Shown here piece after piece: positions 31,786 through 44,215 of a DNA stretch of 64,000 nt; the stretch's first letter is position 1, and the number at the start of each line of letters is the position of its first letter. Under the pieces are notes generated by a model. The model had not been told where the DNA came from and did no database searches. It saw only the letters and a program-made list of their open reading frames with translations. A program made the translations under genes and the position numbers. This DNA is from Octopus vulgaris (lineage: Eukaryota), in NCBI GenBank assembly GCA_951406725.2, contig OX597828.1, positions 21,390,001 to 21,454,000 of the forward strand. Reading direction: 5' to 3'.

Positions 31786-32245
31786 TTGGACGAACATGTA
31801 CGCCGGCAGACGCGTGTGTATGTGAGTGTGTATGTGTGTGTGTATGTGTATGTGTGTGTGTGTGTGTATGTGTGTGTGTGTATGTGTGTGTGTGTGTGCG
31901 TGTGCACATCCAGGTACAGATGCACTCGCATCAATATACAAACGCAAGTAAGGACTGTATGAGCGTGCATCCACATCCACATGCAGCTCCTTTCGATTTT
32001 CCCCCCAACAACCACTTGACCGACTTCTAATCTATCTCCTGTCCCCCGTGTGGTCAATTTCTTGTCTGCCATACTGTATTTTCCAACTAACTATTACCCA
32101 TATACCAACTTCAAACCACGATATCGCGTGACCTTTCTCGATCTATCGCAGCCCACCTTACGATAATAACAATCAACTTCTGTCATTCAAATTTAAAATT
32201 GCTGACGACTCGCACCGCGCTACATATGTATACATATATATATAT

Positions 32246-32298
<53 letters not shown>

Positions 32299-32452
32299 GT
32301 ATATATATATGTACATATATATATACATATATATACATACATATATATATATATACATACATATATATATATACATACATACATACATAAATATATATGT
32401 ATATATATATGTATATATGTATATATAAGTATGTATGTATATATATATATAC

Positions 32453-32530
<78 letters not shown>

Positions 32531-32872
32531 ATGAGGACAGTGTGATTCAAGTTCCGTGTAACTGAAAGTTTCAAAGCCTCCTATTGAGTCTTATCATTGG
32601 GCAGGTGGAAATTCGAACGAACTTCATTCGAATTTCTACTGGCCTTTAAGGGATTTGAAACCGAATTTGAAATAGACTATTCTGATCTCTACCTGTAAGC
32701 CCCACTAAATGTGTTGCGTGCCCTTCTTTCGTTTATTCAGTCACTCGTACACACACAGACAGGCATACACACATATATACCAATACCATATATATATATA
32801 TATATATATATATGCCTATATATATACATATACATATATGTAGATATATACATATATACGCGTATACATATC

Positions 32873-32905
<33 letters not shown>

Positions 32906-32926
32906 CGCGTATATATATCAATATTG

Positions 32927-32958
<32 letters not shown>

Positions 32959-33025
32959 CATACTTACATACATAAATATATATGTATATATATATATGTA
33001 TATATGTATATATATGTATGTATGT

Positions 33026-33114
<89 letters not shown>

Positions 33115-33345
33115 AGAAGGTGAGAGAATACAAAAAAGCCATGGAGAATTTCAACTGAGAACTCAATATATGTACAAACATAAACATTACGTTGACAAGC
33201 AGAGAAAATAAATAGATGTATGAAAAAATATAGAAGCGATTAATGAGGAATACAAATAATGGAAGGATTGAAAGAATAGACAAAACAAATAAAAACAGGC
33301 AAACATGTAAACAAACAATGCTTGAACGTAGGCTGCAGACATGTG

Positions 33346-33381
<36 letters not shown>

Positions 33382-33510
33382 AATCTTACACACACAAACA
33401 CACACACGCACACAAGCACACACACACAATCACACATGTATGCAAACTCAGGCTCGCACACGCACGCACGCACGCAAACACATGCGCACACACACATACA
33501 CGTATGTATC

Positions 33511-33549
<39 letters not shown>

Positions 33550-33652
33550 TATAAAGAAATGTTTTTGTACATACATATGTATACACTAACACACACAGAA
33601 GCACACACACACACACATATATATATATACATACATATAAATATATATATTC

Positions 33653-33692
<40 letters not shown>

Positions 33693-33724
33693 GTGTATAT
33701 ATATATATATATATATACACACAC

Positions 33725-33760
<36 letters not shown>

Positions 33761-34890
33761 TACGAAAAAGATGGCCAAGACGTACACACACATACACACA
33801 CGCAAATGTAATTACATACATGAATATATACGTACATACATACATACATGCACACATTTATTTACATATATACATGGAAATTTTAAAATTACACAGATTA
33901 GTCAAATGACACACTTCTTAATCAAAGCGAGTTAGAGAACAGTTGGTAGCAAATGATTAAACACAGAAAATAATCAAAGAAGACACCATCAAGCAAAGCG
34001 TAGACGAAAATGATAAATTAATCACAACCACACAAAGCGATCAATGAGATCCAGCCTTTATCAGGTACATATTGTATTCTGAGGTATACTATGTGTTGTT
34101 CAATTCTTTAAAGAATCTTCGTGTTATCTTTGTGTTGCAAAAGGATTTTAGACTTAAACTAAGAAGCAACAAATGTGTTGCGACTATAATCTTAAATATT
34201 TTAGTAAATAAATTTTGTATGAGAATTCAGTAATCTGTGAAGGAAGTTAATATTTCTATGCTTGTATGTATGTATGTATGTATGTATGTATGTATGTATG
34301 TATGTATGTATGTATGTTTGTATGTATGTATGTATGTATGTATATATGTATGTATGTGTTTGTGCATACATATATATATGCATACATACACACACAGATA
34401 TAAATATATATACATATGTATTATATATGTATATGCATATACGGAAACACACATACGCGCGCATATATATATATGTAAACATTTATCTATCTATCTATAT
34501 ATATACATATATATATATGCATATGTATGCATATATACCTATACATGTCTATATACACACACACATATATATATAAATGTATGTACAGAATACAAATATA
34601 TTATGTGTATATATATGTATATGGATACATACATATGCACATACACACACACACACACATATATATAGTATCAAGAAGCAAAACAGAGAAATATGTATTA
34701 ATGTTTTAGCAGAAACAATAATTAAATAACAAGCAGAGCGTAGAATGATATTTATGAATAATTGGACACGTGAAATTATTAATTATTTATCACAAACGAA
34801 TGAAAGTACACATGTATATCCACACACACACACACATAGATATATACGTATGTATGTATGTATGGATGGATGGATGGATGTATATATATA

Positions 34891-35412
<522 letters not shown>

Positions 35413-35604
35413 ATATATACAGAGTGTATAATTACCATAAACCACGATCTCCGAAACTAGTTCAGCCTAACGAGAGTGAGAAACATCTGAGAATAGCGAT
35501 ACCCCAAGATATAAAAGTTTCACAAGCAAGCATACATTCCCATCATCAGCTGTTGAACAAATATCACTATGGTTTATATTTACATATATACATACGCACA
35601 CACA

Positions 35605-35640
<36 letters not shown>

Positions 35641-35729
35641 TGATTGATTGATTGATTGATTCTAGTTTCAGCTTATGAGCTGTGGCCATGCTGGGGCACC
35701 GCCATTTGGTGTTGCTACTTGGTTTCACT

Positions 35730-36590
35730 TCATGGATGCTTTCTAGCAACTGCTATTTGGTGCATGAGAGAGTTCGATGCAGCTGCCCTCATCTGCCCCT
35801 CCTGCCGTGAAGTTGGTTCATCTGGGACACCTGACAGGAAGAGATCCAGCTTCATTTTAAAGACATCTGTAGCCACCCCATGCAGGTCTCTCAGGTTCTT
35901 CGGGAGGATATTGAAGAGCTGTGGGCCTCGGAAGCCCAGGCTATCACAGAATCTTGTCCTACATCTTGATGGCAGGTTTGCCCTGGTTGGTTGGAGTATT
36001 ACCTGCTCCATGTATAGGGTGTTGATGAGGTTCAGGAGGGACCTCGCCTGTCCTCGTTCACATCTTGTCATTCCTGGGAGAGAAAGGCCCTCGGGCCATC
36101 TGACATTGGGCAGATTGAAGTCTCCCATAAGAAGCACACCTATGTGTTGTTCTAATGTGGTTAGAATTTCTTCTATTTTTATAAGGCAGTCTTCAAACTT
36201 GCCCACATGGCTTGGGGCATCTGGAGGGCGATATGTAGCACACACAACTACATCAAGTTGCCTAATATGTACAATTAGTGTGTCACACACCGAGTTTGAG
36301 TATGACAAGAGGACCTGGGGTGTGAGGTCCTCACGGATGTACATAGCAACACCTCCATGACTCCTTTCTTTCCTGTCGGTCCGTAGTACAGCATACTGTG
36401 GTATGTGTAACTCCGCATCTGCTATGTCCGGTTTCAGGTGCGTTTCTGTAAGTGCTATGCATAAGGCTTGATTGCATGCAACAAAGTCTCTCAGGAACGG
36501 GATCTTTGTCCTGTTACTGAGTGTTTGCAGTCCTCTGATGTTCAGTAGGAGTATCGAGGTGAGGTGTACGTTGTTGCCGGCGGTGTCCAT
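35730..36590 (-). CDS. LINE ORF2: APE endonuclease fused in frame to the ORF2 C-terminus, no RT
   Basis: APE motifs LLNIRGL, IALTETHL, RTDR..HGGVAMYI, YRPP, MGDFNLP and QPTR run directly into [25 protein letters not shown]. The junction is at about 35976. The likely start is MDTAGNN at 36590. Confidence 0.88.
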   Translation of the reverse strand: MDTAGNNVHLTSILLLNIRGLQTLSNRTKIPFLRDFVACNQALCIALTETHLKPDIADAELHIPQYAVLRTDRKERSHGGVAMYIREDLTPQVLLSYSNSVCDTLIVHIRQLDVVVCATYRPPDAPSHVGKFEDCLIKIEEILTTLEQHIGVLLMGDFNLPNVRWPEGLSLPGMTRCERGQARSLLNLINTLYMEQVILQPTRANLPSRCRTRFCDSLGFRGPQLFNILPKNLRDLHGVATDVFKMKLDLFLSGVPDEPTSRQEGQMRAAASNSLMHQIAVARKHP

Positions 36591-37452
36591 CCTGTGTCTG
36601 TTTGCTGTGGTGGTCTGGTATATAGTGGGTAGTCCCACCTGTGGGCTTGGGTTTGATGAAGCCAGGTCAGCTGCTGTACAATCTTTTGTGCCATGCACAA
36701 AAAAGATTGTTGCTCAGCAGCTGCTCTTTCGACAACATCATGTTGGCTGTTTGTGGCGCGCACAACATCTGCGTACCTCCGCTTTGGGGCAGGTGGTGCG
36801 TGGTCCATCCCTTTTCTTTGTGTTGATGGTTTGTCCATCTGCCTCGTGTCTCTGTGGCAGGGTCCCCGATGTGCAAAGCGGCAGCCTGCACCTTCCTTTC
36901 CATGCCAGCAGGAACCTCTCAGGTAGAACATACACACCCGTGTGCGCTGTTTGGTTCCATCCTTTGCGGTTCCACTTCTATTCCTGGTTGTTTCACTCTT
37001 TGGTCCTGCTTGAGCTTTTTCTTTTCCTTTAGCTCTTCCAGTCCTTCTTTTAGTTCTTCTTCCTCCTCTACCTCTTCACCGGGTTCTCCGTCTCCATGGC
37101 CCTTGCTGCCGGTTGGAGAACTTGCACCTGGGTTCACTTCCCGGGCAGGTTTCTCATTCAAAACCTCCTCCCGGGCGTCCACCAGGTGGGGGTGACTTCT
37201 TTCATCGTCTCCATTCTTGCCATCTTTGCCCCGCTCGTTCTCAAAGATGGCATCAAGTGCGCCAATGTGCGACCGTACAAGCGCATATGAGCGCACGAAT
37301 TCCCGTCTCTTTCGCTCCATCTGAGCCGCTGTCCTCTTGTAGCCTCTGCTCTTCAGCGCAGCCACAATCACCTCGCTAGGGCTATCTCCGCCGGCGCACT
37401 CCCATGCTTGTACGAATAAATCCAGCTCGTCAGGTCTCCATGCTCTAGACAT
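36542..37452 (-). CDS. LINE ORF1 (one frameshift near 36935): Myb/SANT-trihelix-like N-terminus and CCCH zinc finger
   Basis: WRPDELDLFVQAW..LKSRGYKRTAAQMERK at the start, then an acidic/basic linker, then CMFYLRGSCWHGKEGAGCRFAH in the next frame. The stop overlaps the ORF2 start region. Confidence 0.75.
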
Positions 37453-37509
37453 GCTGGATAATCCGTCTATCCGTTTATCTATCTAATTATGTTCGAGAGA
37501 AGACAGGAT

Positions 37510-38590
37510 GATATTAAGGCTAATTAGAAGATAGAGTACTTGAGAAAGAAATATTAACAATATTAAAGTTTGTGTAAAAAACGTTATTTGGGTAAAAAAC
37601 GTTATTTAATCTTAAGGCTAATTAGGGGATAGAGTATCTGAAAATGTATTAGCAATATTAATATTATATTAGAGTGTGGATAAAAACGTTGTTTAATCTT
37701 AAGGCTAATTAGGAGATAGAGTATCAGAAAATATATTAGCAATATTAATATTATATTGGAGTGTGGGTAAAAAAACGTTATTTAATCTTAAGGCTAATTT
37801 GGAGATAGAGTATCTGAAAATATATTAGCAATATTAATATTATATTAGAGTGTGGGTAATATTAAACGTTATTTAATTTAATCTTAAGGCTAATTAGAAG
37901 ACAGAGTATCTGAAAAATTATATATACAATATTAAGCAATATTAACCGTTATTTAATTTAATCTTAAGGCTAATTAGACGTTATTAATATTAAACGTTAT
38001 TTAATTTAATCTTAAGGCTAATTAGAAGATAGAGTATCTGAAAATATATTAGCAATATTAATATTATATTAGAGTGTGGGTAAAAACGTTATTTAATCTT
38101 AAGGCTAATTAGGAGATAGAGTATCTGAAAATATATTAGCAATGTTAATATTATATTAGAGTGTGGGTAATATTAAACGTTATTTAATTTAATCTTAAGG
38201 CTAATTAGAAGATAGAGTATCTGAAGAATTATTAACAATATTAAAACAATATTAAACGTTATTTAATTTAATCTTAAGGCTAATTAACAATAATTATTAA
38301 CAATATTAATCAATATTAAACGTTATTTAATTTAATCCTAAGGCTAATTAACAATAATTATTAACAATATTAAACAATATTAAACGTTATTTAATTTAAT
38401 CCTAAGGCTAATTAGACGTTATTAATATTAAACGTTATTTAATTTAATCTTAAGACTAATTAGAAGATAGAGTATCTGAAAAATTATTAACAATATTAAA
38501 ACAATATTAAACGTTATTTAATTTGATCTTAAGGCCAATTAACAATAATTATTAACAATATTAAACAATATTAAACGTTATTTAATTTAA
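37510..38590. repeat. AT-rich minisatellite, ~85-bp unit with shorter variants (core CGTTATTTAAT(TTAAT)CTTAAGGCTAATTA)
   Basis: The core recurs more than a dozen times directly upstream of LINE ORF1. Confidence 0.92.
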
Positions 38591-38591
38591 T

Positions 38592-39828
<1,237 letters not shown>

Positions 39829-40141
39829 TTTTATTTGTTAGGGAATGAAAATTCCGTGATAACAGGGGTTCAAGTGATTCTCAATGAGGAAATATATATA
39901 TTTTAATTTTCATTCGTATTTTTTATTTTTATCTTTATTTTTTGTTTTTTATCATATTTTTTGTAATCTTTTATTTGAATTAAATTATGGCTTGTACAGT
40001 AGGGTCCGGCGAACCTATTTACACATATTTATTTGTTTAAAAAGTTTAAACTATAGGTTTCAGAAATGAACTTCAAGAAACACGTATAGCCGAGATATAT
40101 AACAGTAAGTATTTAAATTAAAATTCTTTTATATATGGTGG

Positions 40142-40192
<51 letters not shown>

Positions 40193-40198
<6 letters not shown>

Positions 40199-40650
40199 GG
40201 TTTGGAGATGATGTACATGTATTATATATTAGAAGAAATGAGGTACTCAGAAATCTGGATGGTTTTATATTTACAGATATTTATTAATTATGTTATATGC
40301 TTTTATAAATCATATTTCATATAGTAGCGCTTTCGTCCACTCTAGTGGAGTTTTCAAATTGTACTTTTGCATGAATTTTGTCTCTTTTTATATTATTATA
40401 ATAATATTATTATAATTAGTATTATTATAATTATTATAATAATACTATAAAATACTATAACATACTATTATTATAATAATAGTATATAAAAAGACAAAAT
40501 TGCTGCAAAAGTTCAATTTGAAAACACCACTAGAGTGGACGAAAGCGCTATTATACGAAATATGATTTCTAAGAACGTGTAACATACTAATAAATATCTG
40601 TAAACATAAAGCCATCCAGATTTCTGAGTACCCCATTTCTTCTAATATAT
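40193..40650. mobile_element. Fold-back element: inverted arms (~40222-40395 and ~40485-40650), each with a U3-A8 hammerhead-like motif (PLE pLTR-like)
   Basis: The arms are reverse complements (TACTCAGAAATCTGGATGG / CCATCCAGATTTCTGAGTA). The motif TTGAAAA-c-(T/A)CCAC-TAGA-GTGGA-c-GAAA-GCGC-TA lies at 40518-40550 (+) and 40325-40357 (-). A further copy is split between 49615-49657 and 51146-51262. Confidence 0.8.
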
Positions 40651-40654
40651 ATAT

Positions 40655-41200
40655 ATGCTTCTAGATGTCTCACCTGGTATATAATATTATTGTCTTTACA
40701 AGCATCCTCTATGCACCTTATGATGCAGACTACTTTTCTAGCTTTACAGTTAATGCCAGGGTTAATCTTACACACCATGCAGTTATCATTGGTGCATGTG
40801 GGTACGTCATACATAGTTGTGATCTGATGGAGCTCCTTTGCTTTTCAACGATCTTCAGAGCTTTCCTAAATCTTCGGGCTAGTTCTCCATCGGTTGTGAC
40901 ATCTACAAATAACACTTCTTGATATTTGTCTTGTACCACGTCTTCACAAGGCTTCCTTTGTCACAAACTCTTTGTATCCTATTCCAGTCTTCACTTCTAT
41001 ATCTAGGGCAGGTACCATTGGTTACATTACACACACTGCTGGCTTCATTTCATACATTGGTTTCATTACATGCACTGCGGCGACATCATCCCCAACATCT
41101 GGCCACTTAACTCTCCAGACTGCAACCACCTTGATTATTATGTGTGAGGCGCAGTTGGGCGAGGGTCCAACAAAACTCCTTGTAACAGCAAAGATGTATT
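40655..41200 (-). pseudogene. PLE thumb/linker fragment with Cys cluster
   Basis: GTCPRYRSEDW..WY, YQEVLFVDVTTDGELARRFRKALKIVEK and CTNDNCMVC..NCKARKVV match the PLE RT-to-GIY-YIG linker pattern. Confidence 0.62.
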
Positions 41201-41204
41201 AAAT

Positions 41205-41447
41205 GTAAGGATTATGACAACATTCACCAACTTAAACAAGGAGGCCGCCTTAAAGAATTGCAGGAGATTCCGAAATCGTCTGGAGGACGTGGTTGAAGCC
41301 AATGGCGATTGTATTGAATAAATTTACTCTTTAGTATTTTAAGATATTTTTATGTAATTTTGGTTAATAAATCTGGGAAAATGAGATGTTAGTATTATAT
41401 TTATTTTTGCGTAATTTAGATGACAGTTTATTCCCCGCATTCTTTAT
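41205..41447 (+). mobile_element. Tc1/mariner (DD37D/maT-like) 3' fragment
   Basis: C-terminal peptide CRRFRNRLEDVVEANGDCIE*, followed by an AT-rich subterminal region. Confidence 0.68.
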
Positions 41448-41501
41448 ACATACACACATACATACTTACATACATACATGCATGCATACATACATACATA
41501 C

Positions 41502-41554
<53 letters not shown>

Positions 41555-42225
41555 CAAACATACATACACACACATACACACATATATAATGGTGGGGTGG
41601 TGTGTGAATATTTATTTCCTGGAAATTTTTGCAAAACGGTGGTTGGCTGATTGGTCGGTTGATGTATGTCTTCAATACTTGTTGCTCGCATTTCCGTCTT
41701 AATTTAAAATAAAAATAAACTAAAAAAGCGAAACAAACAAACAAAAATAAACAACACCAACAACGCAGAGAGGAAAAACAATAAAATAAAAATATTAAAA
41801 TCAAAATATGAAAAAAGAAACGCCCCGAAAATACAATACAACGAACAATAAATTGCCACATTTTAATTGTCAATAACTTCAGCCTTGTGAAATGGCGTAA
41901 ACATGGATTCTTTGAAGTTTATGAAATATGCTATTTCCCACCGAAAAAAACAAAACAGAACAAAAGCAAGACAGAAATGAAGATTGCCCCACATAGAAAT
42001 GGAGGGAAAACAAGGCATTAATAAAAGTTGATAGATTGATATTCTGTTGGAGCAGGTATTTAATGTGCCAAAAGTGTTTCATACAAACTCTACGCACGTA
42101 ACTGAGACAAATAAAGGAAAAATTTAGAGACAAGCAAGCTAGTCCTGGTTTGATTATGTTGTAGGTGAAAAGGAAGCAAATCACAAGAAATGATAACTAA
42201 GCTAAAACAAAAAAAGTTTGATGCT

Positions 42226-42850
42226 GTATATATAGAGTTTATAGAGCGGTTAAACATTTTCGGTATGCAAATTACGGACTCCTGCATAGAATAACTGCTG
42301 TATTTCTTGAGTATATATAGAGTTTATAAAGCGGTTAAACATTTTTGGTATGCAAATAGGCGCAGGAGTGGCTGTGTGGTAAGTAGCTTGCTAACCAACC
42401 ACATGGTTCCGGGTTCAGTCCCACTACGTGGCATCTTGGGCGAGTGTCTTCTGCTATAGCCCCGGACCGACCAATGCATTGTGGGTGGATTTGGTAGACG
42501 GAAACTGAAAGAAGCCTGTCGTATATATGTATATATATATAAGTGTGTGTGTATATGTTTGTGTGTCTGTGTTTGTCCCCCTAGCATTGCTTGACAACCG
42601 ATGCTGGTGTGTTTACGTCCCCGTCACTTAGCGGTTCGGCAAAAGAAACCGATAAAATAAGTACTGGGCTTACAAAGAATAAGTTCCGGGGTCGATTTGC
42701 TCGACTAAAGGCGGTGCTCCAGCATGGCCGCAGTCAAATGACTGAAACAAGTAAAAGAGTAAAAAAGAGTAAAAGAGTAAATTAAGGTCTCCTGCATAGA
42801 ATAACTGCTGTATTTCTTGAGTATATATAGAGTTTATAGAGCGGTTAAAC
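42226..42850. repeat. 85-bp tandem repeat interrupted by a SINE
   Basis: GTATATATAGAGTTTATA.AGCGGTTAAAC occurs at 42226, 42311 and 42821. CTCCTGCATAGAATAACTGCTGTATTTCTTGA occurs on both sides of the SINE. Confidence 0.88.
42359..42780 (+). mobile_element. SINE family B, full length (tRNA head, CORE-like segment, internal (TA)(TG)n, CR1-like tail)
   Basis: A-box TGGCTGTGTGG, B-box GGTTCAGTCC, CORE-like CTTGGGCGAGTGTCTT, and tail GGCGGTGCTCCAGCATGGCCGCAGTCAAATGACTGAAAC with (GTAAAAGA)n. Confidence 0.92.
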
Positions 42851-43417
42851 TTGGCCCCCTAATTCCCTAGATCTCAATCCACTGGACTGCTATGTCTGGA
42901 GTAGCGTTGAGAAAAATGTCAATGAAGACCCCCATAGCACCAAAGATTCTTTGAAAGCTGCCGTAGTCATGTCCGATATGAATAAGTACCACGTGATCCG
43001 AGCTTGTAAACGATTTCGACCCCGCATAGAAGCAGTTATTGATGCTTATGGTGGTTTTATTGAACAAGTAATTTAGCGGAGAGCTGGCAGAAACTTTAGC
43101 ACGTCGGGCGAAATGCTTAGCGGTATTTCGTCTGCCGTTACATTCTGAGCTCAAATTCCGCCGAGGTCGACTTTGCCTTTCATCCTTTCGGGGTCGATAA
43201 ATTAAGTACCAGTTACGAACTGGGGTCGATGTAATCGACTTAATACCTATGTCTGTCCTTGTTTGTCCCCTCTACGTTTAGCCCCTTGTGGGTAATAAAG
43301 AAATAGGTAATTTAGCTTTATGTGTATGTAATTGTTATAAAAATAGAGTTTCTTTTGTTATTATATAAGCGTTGTTTTAAAAACATAAATTTGTCCTCAA
43401 ATAGCGTCCGCACCCTG
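42851..43417 (+). mobile_element. DD37D/maT-like transposon 3' part, with a SINE A insertion
   Basis: Peptide WPPNSLDLNPLDCYVW..ACKRFRPRIEAVIDAYGGFIE. The terminal sequence is ..CCGCACCCTG followed by TA at 43418. Confidence 0.8.
43078..43306 (+). mobile_element. SINE family A, full length, tail type 1
   Basis: Same sequence as 2919-3151. TSD GTAATTTAGC at 43068-43077 and 43307-43316. Confidence 0.92.
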
Positions 43418-43805
43418 TAGATAAAGAGAACAGAGAGTGCCAGATAATTGACTTTACAGTCCCAAATGATGAAAAAAGTCAATATGAGAGAAATACACAA
43501 AATAGCAAAGTACTAGGACCTAACCATTGAATTACAGAGACTATAGAAAGTGGGGGTAAAATGTATGGCAGTAGTTATAGTTATATTGGGAACCGCTCTT
43601 AAAGATCTGAATAGATGGATAGAGGATTAGGCTTAAAACCCTGTTTACTACAGCTCCAGAAAATAGTGTTATTAGGGACAGTTAGGGTACTTAGGGGGGG
43701 GGGTTCTTGGTATCTAAGGTTACTTATATCCCGATGTTAGGATTTTTGTCTTTTTCCAACAGGCTAATCTGTTGAGTGTAAATGAAAATAATAATGATGA
43801 TGATG
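43418..43805 (+). pseudogene. R4/Dong-like non-LTR retrotransposon 3' fragment (restriction-like endonuclease)
   Basis: Peptides IIDFTVPND, KIAKY*DLTIELQRL and LQKIVLLGTVRVLR. It ends in AATAATAATGATGAT. Confidence 0.78.
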
Positions 43806-43857
43806 TTGATCAATAAATTTACGGATCAGTACATCATATATATATATATATAGATAG

Positions 43858-44168
43858 TTTTTGACCAAAAATGGCACGACCCCATTTATCCACCCTCCCC
43901 ATTCATCCGATCCTGCTCCCTTGGTTCCCGCGATTGAAAAAAAGTCCTTAAAGGAAAGCGTTTTGTAGATGTGGAAGAGATGAAGAAAAGATGACGGAGG
44001 CGTTAAAAGATATCATAACGCAAGAATTCTAGAACTGCTTCAAACAGTGGAAAACGCGTCTGGAGTGATATGTTGCTTCAAGTAGAGAATATTTTGATGG
44101 CGATAAAGGTGTAAACATGTAAAACTAAGTGAAAAAAATACTATTACAAAATTACGATTTCTTTTGTG
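43858..44168 (+). pseudogene. mariner transposase 3' fragment
   Basis: Peptides HPPHSSDPAP (decayed HPPYSPDLAP), LKGKRFVDVEE and CFKQWKTRL..EYFDGD. Confidence 0.82.
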
Positions 44169-44172
44169 TATC

Positions 44173-44215
44173 AAATCAAAAACGGTTTTCATTGCAAGGC
44201 AAATTTTCAAGATTT
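44173..44215 (-). ncRNA. Minimal hammerhead motif (U3-A8) at the PLE 3' terminus
   Basis: The minus strand reads AAATC-TTGAAAA-t-TTGC(ctt)GCAA-t-GAAA-ACCG-TTTTT-GATTT. Confidence 0.62.

Larger units (their letters stand above)
35638..38590 (-). mobile_element. CR1-like LINE with its RT deleted (5' tandem array, ORF1, APE, ORF2 C-terminus, 3'UTR, (CAAT)n tail)
   Basis: See the component ORFs. The tail (GATT)n is at 35638-35660 on the plus strand. Including the upstream array as 5'UTR is an inference. Confidence 0.82.

Noticed and set aside
32192-32222. Partial hammerhead cores: CTGACGA at ~32193 and GAAACTAGTTC at ~35453
   Set aside because: Only half of the core is present in each and no complete stems are visible.
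35656-36360. 234-aa plus-strand ORF and other overlapping plus-strand ORFs at 36.4-37.4 kb
   Set aside because: They are antisense shadows of the GC-richer LINE ORFs with no recognisable motifs.
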